DNA from: Chloroflexota bacterium
GTDB taxonomy: Bacteria > Bacillota > Sulfobacillia > JBFLWA01 > JBLNDB01
Assembly (NCBI GenBank): GCA_050261235.1
Contig: JBLNDB010000032.1
Location: 4,894 to 68,893 of the forward strand
Length of the DNA stretch: 64,000 nt
Direction of reading: 5' to 3'
In this document: piece by piece, positions 46,366 through 54,692 of the stretch
Position numbering within the stretch: the stretch's first letter is position 1
Layout of the letters: each line of letters starts with the position of its first letter
Made by a program: the position numbers and the translations under genes
Notes under the pieces: model-generated
Databases searched by the model: none
What the model was told of the DNA's origin: nothing
What the model saw: the letters and a program-made list of their open reading frames with translations, nothing else

Positions 46366-47309
46366 TGTGCTCTCCTCCAGCGGATCAGATCGAGGAACGC
46401 CTCGATGCGGGTGACGACACCGGCCTCGCCGGTGTGTTCGTCGACGGTGAGCAGCAGCAACGGCATGCGGTACTCGTGCTGCACGCGACGGACCAGCAAC
46501 TCGCCGGTCAGCGAGTCGGGCCCGCAGCCGAATGTCACGAGGTAGACAAGGCCGTCAACGCGCTGGTCATGGATCAGATTGAGGGCGCAGCCAGCGGCAC
46601 GCCGGCTGAACGTCCAGTACAGGGGCTTGGCCTCACCCTCCCAGGTCGACTCCGATTCTTCGCGCGGCAGCATCTCGGCTGTTACAACGCGGGCGCCCTG
46701 CTCGCGGAGACGGCGGATCAGGTCGAGGCTGATCAGGCGGTCGTAGACGCTGTACGGGTGGCCGATCAGAGCCAGCGTCACGTCAGCATCCGCCCTCTCG
46801 CCGCCCGGGTCGAACCCGGCTGGCAGCCGTCCTGCCCCCTGGTCCGCGGCCGCTCGCTCCTGTGCCGCGAGCGCCAGCTGCAGTGCGGCCAGCACGCGCC
46901 GCCGATCGCGGGTGATCGGGCTCGCGGCTGCCAGAGCCGCTTCGGTCAGCGCGTGACGACGTTTCTTAAAGTCGACAGTCGGCGCCAGCAGCATGGGCTG
47001 GCCGGGCAGCCCAGCCGCCGCCACATCGGGCAACCCCATCAGCTTCGGGCAAGTGTACGCCTGCCGCTGCCAGCTGACCACGCGCGGTACGAACACGGAA
47101 TCGCATCGCGAAGCCAACCAGCCGATGTGGCCGAGGGCGACCTTGACCGGCAGGCAGGCCTCGTCCACTGTCGCCCGGACGCCCTGCTCAAGGATCGCGC
47201 GGTTGCTCGGCGGCGAGACGACGACATCCGCTCCCAACGCCTTGAAGAAGGCCTCCCAGAGCGGGGCGAATTCGTAGTACAAGAGGGCCCTTGGCAGTCC
47301 GACGCGCAC
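46362..47309 (-). CDS. DUF2229 / 2-hydroxyacyl-CoA dehydratase-like [4Fe-4S] subunit
   Basis: VGLPRALLYY, ACLPVK, TCPK, GHPY, FGCGPD, VDEHTGEAGVVTRIEAF. Confidence 0.78.
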   Translation of the reverse strand: MRVGLPRALLYYEFAPLWEAFFKALGADVVVSPPSNRAILEQGVRATVDEACLPVKVALGHIGWLASRCDSVFVPRVVSWQRQAYTCPKLMGLPDVAAAGLPGQPMLLAPTVDFKKRRHALTEAALAAASPITRDRRRVLAALQLALAAQERAAADQGAGRLPAGFDPGGERADADVTLALIGHPYSVYDRLISLDLIRRLREQGARVVTAEMLPREESESTWEGEAKPLYWTFSRRAAGCALNLIHDQRVDGLVYLVTFGCGPDSLTGELLVRRVQHEYRMPLLLLTVDEHTGEAGVVTRIEAFLDLIRWRRAQ

Positions 47310-47313
47310 GCGT

Positions 47314-47895
47314 TCACCCCCGCCCGCGCTCGCGCGGGAGAACGCCCGCGCGGCGCAGGATTTCCTCCACTGCCCGGGCGGTAATCGGGCAGTGGCGAGC
47401 CGTGCAATCCTGCCCGCGCATCTTGCCGGGGTCGCCGACACCAACGACGAAGGGCGCCCTGACTTCGTTCAGCACATCGACGGTGTCGCCGATCAGGACA
47501 TCGGCTCCCGCACGGGCCTCGCCGTCCTTGTCGACTGGGTGGCGCGTGATCTCGCCGTCGGCGGTCACAGACTCGTCGACGCGGATGCCGTGCGCCCGCC
47601 TCGTATGCGAGGCGACTGCGACCACGCCGAGGACATCGATCTGCGGGTTGGTCAGCAGTTCCTCCAGTGCGCTCTCGCCAGCGCCCTTCGATGGCCGACC
47701 GCGGTCGTCGACCATCACCAGGACCGGATCGTGCTCGGCACGCCGGGCGAGCCGGGCGATCTCATCGCCGGTGAGTGGCGTCGGGTTGCCGGCCGACGCA
47801 GAGACAGTGCGCAGTCCGAAGCGTTCGGCGACACCTTCGACCGTCTCCCGGGCAACGTCGTCGCCGTCAGTGATCACAATTACGCGGGTCCTCAT
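47314..47895 (-). CDS. spoVAEa: Stage V sporulation protein AEa
   Basis: RVIVITDGD..ARETVE, SAGNPTPLTG, PVLVMVDDRG...GE, GVVAVAS, VGVGDPGKM. Confidence 0.88.
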   Translation of the reverse strand: MRTRVIVITDGDDVARETVEGVAERFGLRTVSASAGNPTPLTGDEIARLARRAEHDPVLVMVDDRGRPSKGAGESALEELLTNPQIDVLGVVAVASHTRRAHGIRVDESVTADGEITRHPVDKDGEARAGADVLIGDTVDVLNEVRAPFVVGVGDPGKMRGQDCTARHCPITARAVEEILRRAGVLPRERGRG

Positions 47896-48287
47896 GGGAT
47901 TGTCCCCCTGACGAGCAATGCCCACAGGCACTGGATTAGGGACAGGATCGACAGCCGGCAGCAGGCTGCGGCAAACGGGCGTGGCGTCGCCGCCCAGGGC
48001 AGCCAGAGGTCGGGGCGCCGCGGACCGCGCTTCCCGGAGGCGAGGACGCCGGCGAGAAGGACTGAGAGGGGCCCCGCAAGCAACACCAGTTCTGCCGGGA
48101 CGCCGGTCGCGCTGGTGCGGCCGAACAGCCCCCCGGCCATGATCGAGCCGACGCTGCCGCCGGCTGCCACCGCAACAATCAGCCGCCCTGTCTCCTGCAA
48201 CAGGGCGGCTGCGAACAGGTGTGGCAGGAGCGCCGGCCCGGCAATGGCGACAGTGATGGCGAGCCCGATCAGGTCGATGGCCAGCAT
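47892..48287 (-). CDS. Small membrane protein resembling a degenerate M50/SpoIVFB N-terminal domain
   Basis: Hydrophobic; LLQETGR where HExxH would be; VLLAGPLSV resembles the M50 AGP motif. Stop overlaps the spoVAEa start (ATGA). Confidence 0.6.
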   Translation of the reverse strand: MLAIDLIGLAITVAIAGPALLPHLFAAALLQETGRLIVAVAAGGSVGSIMAGGLFGRTSATGVPAELVLLAGPLSVLLAGVLASGKRGPRRPDLWLPWAATPRPFAAACCRLSILSLIQCLWALLVRGTIP

Positions 48288-48308
48288 CCGATGCCCCCTG
48301 CCTCTTGC

Positions 48309-48671
48309 CTATTTGCCTTTCGGGTTGAACAGCACCGACATCGTCCAGCCGAACACCACCGCCACGGACAGACCGATCGCCGTCGCCGTGAGGCCGCCGG
48401 TGAACAGACCCAGCCAGCCTTTGCTGCTCACGTCTTTCATTATTCCCTGGACGAGCGAATGGCCAAACCCGGGCAGGGGAACAGTCGCGCCCGCGCCGGC
48501 GAATCTGACCAGCGGCTCATACAGGCCGACGCCGCTGACGATCGCCCCGAGACTGACGAACAGGACCATCACGTGCGCCGGATTGAGCTGCGCCAGATCG
48601 AGCACCAGCTGCGCAACCAGGCAGAGCGCGCCGCCGACGAGAAACGCTTTGACGATCGCCATCAGCATCAT
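48309..48671 (-). CDS. spoVAEb: Stage V sporulation protein AEb
   Basis: AFLVGGALCLVAQL, GAGATVPLPGFGHSL, VFNPKG. Confidence 0.93.
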   Translation of the reverse strand: MMLMAIVKAFLVGGALCLVAQLVLDLAQLNPAHVMVLFVSLGAIVSGVGLYEPLVRFAGAGATVPLPGFGHSLVQGIMKDVSSKGWLGLFTGGLTATAIGLSVAVVFGWTMSVLFNPKGK

Positions 48672-49699
48672 CTGGAATCGCCTCCGCCGCCCTCGACCGC
48701 GATGGCGTGCGCGATACAGGGGATCGTCTCACCCTGCTGCTGGGTCGTCGGACTGAACAGCGCGCCGGTCGCGATGAGCAGGATCCGCCGGTACCGGCCG
48801 GCGCGAATCTGCGGCAGGATGTGACCGAGGAAGACCACCGCCGAACAGGCACAGCCGCTGCCGCCGGCGTGAACGTCCTGCTCTTCCATGTCGTAGATCA
48901 GACAGCCGCAGTCCTCGTAGCCATCACTCAGGTCGACGTGCGAGCGGCCGGCGAGCTTGATGCAGAGATCCTTGCCGATCTTGCCGAGGTCGCCGGTCAG
49001 AATCAGGTCATAGTCCTCGACCGTCCGTCCCGTGTCCTCAAGGTGCTGCCAGAGGGTCTGGACTGCCGCCGGCGCCATGGCCGATCCCATGTCATTGGGA
49101 TCCTTGACGCCGAGATCGACGACCGACCCGAATGTCGCGTGAGTGACGACCGGCCCGGGCTGCGAGCCCCCCTCAGCGAGAATCGCCGCGCCGGCGCCGG
49201 TCACCGTGCGCTGCGACGTAGGCACCCGCTGCGCACCGAACTCGGTCGGGTAGCGGTACTGACGCTCGGCGGTATCGAAGTGGCTCGAGACGGCGCAGAC
49301 TGCCCGGCTCGCGTAGCCACCGTCGACCAGCAGTGAACCGAGGGCCAGCGACAGCGCCATCGTCGAGCATGCACCGTATAGCCCGATGAACGGCAGGGAC
49401 AACTCCCGGGCAGCGAAATTGGCCGAGATGATCTGGTTGAGCAGGTCGCCGGCGAGGAGGAAGTCCGCGTCCTTGGGCTCCAGGGCCGCCTTCTTGAGGG
49501 CCAGCAGAGCTGCCTCCTGAAGCATCTGACTCTCCGCCTGTTCCCAGGACTTCTGACCGAGCAACTGGTCGCCCTTGACGACATCGAAGGCGTCCCGCAG
49601 CGGACCCTTTCCTTCGTGTGGTCCGACAATCGTGGCGCTGCCGATGATGACCGGCGGATCGCGGAACATCACGGTCTGGCGCCCCATTCGCTTCTTCAT
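48668..49699 (-). CDS. spoVAD: Stage V sporulation protein AD
   Basis: KSWEQAESQM, AGDLLNQII, GLYGACST, ERQYRYPTEFG, TGDLG, GGSGCACS, PCIAHA. Confidence 0.96.
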   Translation of the reverse strand: MKKRMGRQTVMFRDPPVIIGSATIVGPHEGKGPLRDAFDVVKGDQLLGQKSWEQAESQMLQEAALLALKKAALEPKDADFLLAGDLLNQIISANFAARELSLPFIGLYGACSTMALSLALGSLLVDGGYASRAVCAVSSHFDTAERQYRYPTEFGAQRVPTSQRTVTGAGAAILAEGGSQPGPVVTHATFGSVVDLGVKDPNDMGSAMAPAAVQTLWQHLEDTGRTVEDYDLILTGDLGKIGKDLCIKLAGRSHVDLSDGYEDCGCLIYDMEEQDVHAGGSGCACSAVVFLGHILPQIRAGRYRRILLIATGALFSPTTQQQGETIPCIAHAIAVEGGGGDSR

Positions 49700-49714
49700 T
49701 CCCCGAGCCTCCTG

Positions 49715-50170
49715 TCACCTGACGCCGATGATCAGCCTGATGACGCCGACGATGAACGACGTGACCAGACCATAGACGATGACCGGCCCGGCGATGACGA
49801 ACATCCTCGCGCCGACGCCGAGAACGAACCCCTCACGCTTGAACTCCATCGCCGGCGAGACGATCGAGTTGGCGAAGCCGGTGATCGGCAGCGCCGAGCC
49901 CATCCCGCCAACGCGCCCGATTAGGTCGTAGATTCCCAACCCGGTCAGGAGCGCGCCAAGGAACACCATGACGCCTGCTGTCGGGCCAGCCGCCTCTTTC
50001 GCCGGCATGCCGCGGCCGATGAAGAAGTTCATCGCCACCTGACCGATGGCGCAAATCGTTCCGCCGATCAGGAACGCCCAGACGGCGTTGCGCAGAATCG
50101 GGCGTCGCGGTTTGGTCGCGTTGACGAGTTTCTGATAATGCTGCTGTGCCATCTCTGGCGCCTTCGGCAC
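49715..50170 (-). CDS. spoVAC: Stage V sporulation protein AC
   Basis: AFLIGGTICAIGQ, GMGSALPITGFANSIVSPAMEFKREGFVLGVGARMF.IAGPVIVYG. Confidence 0.96.
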   Translation of the reverse strand: MPKAPEMAQQHYQKLVNATKPRRPILRNAVWAFLIGGTICAIGQVAMNFFIGRGMPAKEAAGPTAGVMVFLGALLTGLGIYDLIGRVGGMGSALPITGFANSIVSPAMEFKREGFVLGVGARMFVIAGPVIVYGLVTSFIVGVIRLIIGVR

Positions 50171-50221
50171 GCCGATTCCCCCTGAACACGGATTCGGGCA
50201 CCATGCGGTGCCCGTGTCTTG

Positions 50222-50431
50222 CTAGCGTCCTTCGTCGACCGCGAACGCCACCTTGACGTTGGCCTTGTACTCGACGATGCGTCCGTTCTCCACATTGGCC
50301 GTCAGGTTGTAGACCTCGACGCCGGTGATCTGATCAACCGTCTTGGACGCTTCGCTGACGGCGTTCTGAACAGCGTCGGTGAAGTCACGTTTGCTTTCAC
50401 CGACCAGTTCGAGGACTTTGACAACGGTCAC
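50222..50431 (-). CDS. Dodecin family protein
   Basis: VVKVLELVGES...DAVQNAVSEASKT...VENGRIVEYKANVKVAF. Confidence 0.9.
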   Translation of the reverse strand: MTVVKVLELVGESKRDFTDAVQNAVSEASKTVDQITGVEVYNLTANVENGRIVEYKANVKVAFAVDEGR

Positions 50432-50479
50432 TCAGTCATCAGTCTCCTTTCATGGCTGGATCCGGCGGCGACGATCCCA

Positions 50480-50680
50480 TCAGGCCAGTCGCCGACCACG
50501 CAGTCCGCGTGGGTCGGCGGCGTCGTCCAGCAGCATCTCTGCCAGCCGCACCGCAGGCTCGCCCAGCCGGACGATCTCGTCATAGACTGGCGCTCCCTGT
50601 GTGTCAACCGACGTGACGTCGCCGATCCAGGTCCGTTCGTCGGAATCAACCGGTGGATAGCTTTTCCGCGCCGTGCCCAT
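50480..50680 (-). CDS. Small hypothetical protein within the spoVA operon
   Basis: Perfect GGAGGTGA RBS; fills the gap between spoVAB and dodecin. No family recognised. Confidence 0.55.
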   Translation of the reverse strand: MGTARKSYPPVDSDERTWIGDVTSVDTQGAPVYDEIVRLGEPAVRLAEMLLDDAADPRGLRGRRLA

Positions 50681-50692
50681 TCGATTCACCTC

Positions 50693-51118
50693 CTACCAGA
50701 GCCCTGGCACGAGCCAGTAGATCAGTGAGCCGACGACCTTGCCGGCGAGCAGCGCCGTCACCAGCACCCGGACGACGTGCGGGATGCCGAGGTTGCGGCC
50801 AAGCGCCGGAATCACGTTCAGGACCTCCGCCAGCGCGGCCGCGGTCAGTCCGACGAAGGTGCCCATGGCAAGGCCGACCGGCGCGGCGACCAGCGGGGAC
50901 AGTCCGAGACTGGGGTCGAAGGTACCGACAAAGGATGCCATGGTCGCTCCCGCGACCAGCGCCCACTGATAAACGCGCATGCTCTTCCCTGTGCCGGTCA
51001 GGTGCCCGAGGCGCGGGACAACGCCGAGGATCGTCAGGAAAGCCACCTCGGCCGAACCGACGATGACGCCCTCGGCCAGACCGACCGTCGTCAGGATCAG
51101 GCCGCGCACAAGGTTCAT
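50693..51118 (-). CDS. spoVAB: Stage V sporulation protein AB
   Basis: GLAEGVIVGSAEVAFLTILGVVPRL, GTFVGLTAAALAEVLNVIP, GKVVGSLIYW. Confidence 0.92.
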   Translation of the reverse strand: MNLVRGLILTTVGLAEGVIVGSAEVAFLTILGVVPRLGHLTGTGKSMRVYQWALVAGATMASFVGTFDPSLGLSPLVAAPVGLAMGTFVGLTAAALAEVLNVIPALGRNLGIPHVVRVLVTALLAGKVVGSLIYWLVPGLW

Positions 51119-51756
51119 CGCGCATCATTCTCGCGCTCGCGAGCCAGTTGCTCCTCGCTGGCGATCAATGAGCTGTTGACGTTCTCCTCATAGAGATGCA
51201 TCTCCACCTCGAGCGGGCTTGGGTCGACCCGGCTCGCCCGGGGGACATGATTGAAGAAGATGGCGATGCCCAGTCCGATTCCCAGCGAGTAGGGAATCTG
51301 AAGAATCAGCGGATGCTCGTTTGCCTCCCCGGTTATCAGGCGGTATATCTGCTGGTGGACGACCGGCATCGCGACATCGGCATGGAAGTTCATGATCGCC
51401 ATCCCCGCCCCGATGAACACCAGGACCGCGATGGCGGCGACCCAGACCGGACTGGCGCGGCGCCGGCCTTTGCTGTCGTCGCCGACGGTGACGATCGTGT
51501 CGGTCCGACCCATCAGATGGATGTCGGCCTCGCCGCAGTGCTCCTTGATCGCCCTGACGAGGTCGAACGCCGGTATCACGGACACCGACCCGGCGCGTCC
51601 GAGGCGCCGGATCGGAATGTCGCCGACCGTCCTGGCAAGCTCGGGGGCGGCGACGATCTCAGCGAGCTTCCTTATCTGGACCAGTTCACCCGGAGCGCCG
51701 CTGATCTTTGCCCGCACTCGAAGAAAGACATCCTGTCCGTGGGCTGCCGCAGACAC
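51115..51756 (-). CDS. spoVAA: Stage V sporulation protein AA
   Basis: VFLRVR, FIGAGMAIMNFHADV, QIPYSLGIGLG.IFFNH, DPSPLEVEMHLY. Confidence 0.92.
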   Translation of the reverse strand: MSAAAHGQDVFLRVRAKISGAPGELVQIRKLAEIVAAPELARTVGDIPIRRLGRAGSVSVIPAFDLVRAIKEHCGEADIHLMGRTDTIVTVGDDSKGRRRASPVWVAAIAVLVFIGAGMAIMNFHADVAMPVVHQQIYRLITGEANEHPLILQIPYSLGIGLGIAIFFNHVPRASRVDPSPLEVEMHLYEENVNSSLIASEEQLARERENDAR

Positions 51757-51923
51757 ATCTCCACCCCCTCGCCGCGGACCAACTTCGCGCCGCGCGGCAC
51801 GCGGTCGGCTGAGCGGTAGATGAACACCAGTCCCAGGACTCCGCCGATCAGCAACAGCAGGATCATCGCATAGAGCACCGTCCAGAGACGTTTCGTCATT
51901 GTCATCACAGGCACTCGTCGCAT
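51672..51923 (-). CDS. Small single-TM protein leading the spoVA operon
   Basis: GGAGGAGG RBS; TM segment LWTVLYAMILLLLIGGVLGLVFIY. Overlaps the spoVAA start by about 85 nt. Confidence 0.5.
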   Translation of the reverse strand: MRRVPVMTMTKRLWTVLYAMILLLLIGGVLGLVFIYRSADRVPRGAKLVRGEGVEMCLRQPTDRMSFFECGQRSAALRVNWSR

Positions 51924-51948
51924 GTGAGCTCCCTCCTCCGTGCAAACC

Positions 51949-51978
51949 TATCATTCCGCGCTTTCGTGGACAAAATAC
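51949..51978 (-). promoter_or_regulatory. Putative sigma-G promoter of the spoVA operon
   Basis: GTATT-18nt-AATGATA; spoVA is sigma-G-controlled in B. subtilis. Confidence 0.55.
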
Positions 51979-52094
51979 CAGCTAGACCTCTACTAACGAA
52001 TCCAGAGAACGGCAAGACACGGGACCTGCAGCCGCTGCTGCCGCCCCGTGTCCACATATGCTTGCGATTTATGTCATTGTCGACGTGCCGGGCC

Positions 52095-53003
52095 TCAGTT
52101 CCGCTCCGACCAGACGAATGTCGAATAGCGGTCGACGACGCGGAACCCAAGTCCGTCATACAGCGCCCTGGCGGCGAGATTCTCAGCGGCGACGGTCAAC
52201 TCCGTCCGACCAAGACCGGCGCCGCGCACGCGTTCGGCCACTTCCTTGATCAGGGCACGGCCCAGACCGCGCCGCTGGTATGACGGTATCACCCCGAGCG
52301 CCAGCACGTAGCCGGTCGTCACCGGCCGCCGCGTGACCAACGCTATGGCGCAAGGCGTGTTGCGGTCGAAGACGAGGCAGCTCAACTCGCCGTCGATCGG
52401 CCCGTACTTGCCGTCCGAAATGTTGCGAAGGACCCGCGCCGCGCCTTCCGGGCTCCGCAACTGCCCGTCCCAGAGCGCGTCCGGGCTGTTCTTGAAGCTG
52501 GCGAACAGCACGCGCGCGCTCGGCCCGAACATCTCCTCCCGCCAGTTCGCGATGCGGAACGACAACGGCCAAGCCGGCGAACCCTCGACCGGCACGTCGA
52601 GCGCCATGTTGAGGCGTTCACAGGCCCGGAATCCCATCCGAGCCAGCGTCGGCCCGACCGATTGACCCGCGTACTCCTCTTCCGCCGATATCTCGCGCGC
52701 CCCGCGCGCCCGCATGGCGGTGACGGCGTGATCCATCAGTTCGGCGAGCACCGCCGGCCGGGTCAGTTGCGACCGGGCGAAGGCGATGCGGCCGAGGCCG
52801 TTGGCCTGGTTGAACAAAACCATGCCGAGCGCGGTCTGTTCGTCTACCGCCATGTAGCCCGGCAACAGACCGGCCAGCCGCCGCACGCCGGCGACATGCC
52901 TGAGAGCTGCGTCCTCGCCACAGGCAGCCGCAAGATCGGCCTCGATGGCGTCGAACAGCGGCTCCATCTCGGCCGTCCGGCCGGCAACCTCACGAATCTC
53001 CAA
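52095..53003 (-). CDS. Tandem GNAT-domain acetyltransferase
   Basis: C-terminal ALGVIPSYQRRGLGRAL...LTVAAENLAARALYDGLGF, with a degenerate N-terminal GNAT repeat (LARMGF). Confidence 0.82.
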   Translation of the reverse strand: MEIREVAGRTAEMEPLFDAIEADLAAACGEDAALRHVAGVRRLAGLLPGYMAVDEQTALGMVLFNQANGLGRIAFARSQLTRPAVLAELMDHAVTAMRARGAREISAEEEYAGQSVGPTLARMGFRACERLNMALDVPVEGSPAWPLSFRIANWREEMFGPSARVLFASFKNSPDALWDGQLRSPEGAARVLRNISDGKYGPIDGELSCLVFDRNTPCAIALVTRRPVTTGYVLALGVIPSYQRRGLGRALIKEVAERVRGAGLGRTELTVAAENLAARALYDGLGFRVVDRYSTFVWSERN

Positions 53004-53015
53004 CCGACTCTCCCC

Positions 53016-53792
53016 TTATCCCTCGCCAAGGCGTTCGCGCATTTTCAGCAGAGCATGTTTCTCCAACCGCGATATCTGCACCTGCGAGACGCCCATGATT
53101 TCTGCCACTTCCGTCTGTGTCTTCTCCTGAAAGAAGCGCATGTAGAGGATCTTCCGATCACGATCAGGCAACTCGGCGAGCGCCTTGCGCACGCCGACGC
53201 CGGCGAACCAGTTGTCGTCGCCGCCGCCCGCAACCTGATCCATGAGAAGAATCGGCTCGCCATCATCCTCGAACACGGGTTCGAACAGCGACGCCGGGGC
53301 CTTGGCGCTGGCCAGTGCCTCGACCACCTCTTCGGCGGGCAACTCCAGTGCTGCTGCCACTTCGCCGACCGTCGGCGCCCGGCCGAGTTCAAGCGACAGT
53401 CTCGCTTCCGCGCGCTGCGCCAATCCGGCCACTTCCTTGAGACGCCGACTGACCTTGATCGGTCCCGTATCGCGCAGATAGCGCTTGATCTCGCCGATGA
53501 TCAGCGGCACGGCATAGGTCGTGAACTTCGTTCCGAAGCCGGGATCGAAGCGCTCGGCCGCCTTGATCAGGCCGATGCAGCCAACCTGGTACAGGTCGTC
53601 CGGATCCTCGCCGCGGGCGGCGTAACGTGAGACGATACTGCGGACGAGACCGACGTTGCGCTCAATCAGGCGCGCCCGGGCGCGGGCATCACCGCTCCGT
53701 GCCAGAACCGCCAGATCTTCGTTCGACGGCCCGGCGCCACCCAGATGAGCGATTCCCCCGGGCACGCGTTCAGTTGCCATCGATCGCTTCAC
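53016..53792 (-). CDS. sigF: Forespore sigma factor SigF
   Basis: NVGLVRSIV, DDLYQVGCIGLIKA..RFD, FTTYAVPLIIGEIKRYLRD, TQTEVA...GVSQVQISRLEK; follows spoIIAB. Confidence 0.95.
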   Translation of the reverse strand: MKRSMATERVPGGIAHLGGAGPSNEDLAVLARSGDARARARLIERNVGLVRSIVSRYAARGEDPDDLYQVGCIGLIKAAERFDPGFGTKFTTYAVPLIIGEIKRYLRDTGPIKVSRRLKEVAGLAQRAEARLSLELGRAPTVGEVAAALELPAEEVVEALASAKAPASLFEPVFEDDGEPILLMDQVAGGGDDNWFAGVGVRKALAELPDRDRKILYMRFFQEKTQTEVAEIMGVSQVQISRLEKHALLKMRERLGEG

Positions 53793-54220
53793 ACGCCCTT
53801 CGGTGCGCGCAGCCGTTTCCGCAGAGTGACGCGGGTCCCCTGCCCCGGGGCGGAGTTGACGTCGACTTCATCCATTGACGAGTCCATGAACGCGAACCCA
53901 AGCCCCATCCGGTCCGGATCGGTGCTGAAGGATGGCTGGCGGGCCTGGGCGACATCAGCGATGCCTCGCCCGTCATCCTCGACGACGACCGTCAGGCTGT
54001 CACCGGACATGGTCGCGATGATCCTGACCATCCCCTGGCCGCCTTGGTATGCGTGCACAACCGCGTTCGTCACGGCCTCCGAGACGGCCAGCTTGACATC
54101 ATCGAGATCCGTCACGTCGGGGTCGAGCTGCGAGGCGAAGACGGCGACGCAGACCCTCGCCAGCGCGACGTTCGCCGGCAGTGCGGGGAACTCGAGGCGC
54201 AGCGTGTTGTCCATGTCCAT
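53789..54220 (-). CDS. spoIIAB: Anti-sigma F factor SpoIIAB
   Basis: NVALARV, VKLAVSEAVTNAVVHAY, DDGRGI, GLGFAFM, GTRV. Confidence 0.96.
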   Translation of the reverse strand: MDMDNTLRLEFPALPANVALARVCVAVFASQLDPDVTDLDDVKLAVSEAVTNAVVHAYQGGQGMVRIIATMSGDSLTVVVEDDGRGIADVAQARQPSFSTDPDRMGLGFAFMDSSMDEVDVNSAPGQGTRVTLRKRLRAPKGV

Positions 54221-54231
54221 CCCCTCTCTCG

Positions 54232-54564
54232 TCAGGAGGCGGTCTTCCCATCGCCGGTCGCGGCCAGCGGGATGATCTTGAGCAGTCCCGACAGTTCGAG
54301 GATCCGGCGGACCTGGGGCGAGGCGGCGGCGAAGGCCATTTTCCGTTCCGCCTGGCTGATCCGCTTGTACCGGCCGAGGATGGCACCCAGGCCGGAGCTG
54401 TCGATGAACGTGACCGCCGCAAGATCCAGCAGCAGGTCGCGGTCCCCATCTTCATCGAGACGCGCCTCTACGGCCTCGCGAAACTGGGTGGCCGTGTGCT
54501 CGTCGAGCTCGCCGGCGAGTCGCACCAACAGCTGATTCCTGGTTGGCTCAAACTCGATCTTCAT
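54232..54564 (-). CDS. spoIIAA: Anti-sigma F antagonist SpoIIAA
   Basis: LAGELDEHTA, TFIDSSGLGAILGRYK (phospho-Ser motif). Confidence 0.96.
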   Translation of the reverse strand: MKIEFEPTRNQLLVRLAGELDEHTATQFREAVEARLDEDGDRDLLLDLAAVTFIDSSGLGAILGRYKRISQAERKMAFAAASPQVRRILELSGLLKIIPLAATGDGKTAS

Positions 54565-54665
54565 CCGCGATCCCCCTCACGACTTGGTCGACTGTGACTT
54601 CCCTTCAGTTCGGCGCTTTTCCTCCTGAATGGAAAAAGAGATGACCGCCAGACCGGCGGTCATCG

Positions 54666-54682
54666 TGTCGCATCGTGTCAAT
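54666..54682 (+). promoter_or_regulatory. Possible tandem Spo0A boxes upstream of spoIIAA
   Basis: TGTCGCA and TGTCAAT, 10 bp apart, versus consensus TGNCGAA. A weak sigma-H-like GGAGGAAAA...GAAGT lies downstream on the minus strand. Confidence 0.4.
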
Positions 54683-54692
54683 TCGCGGAGTC

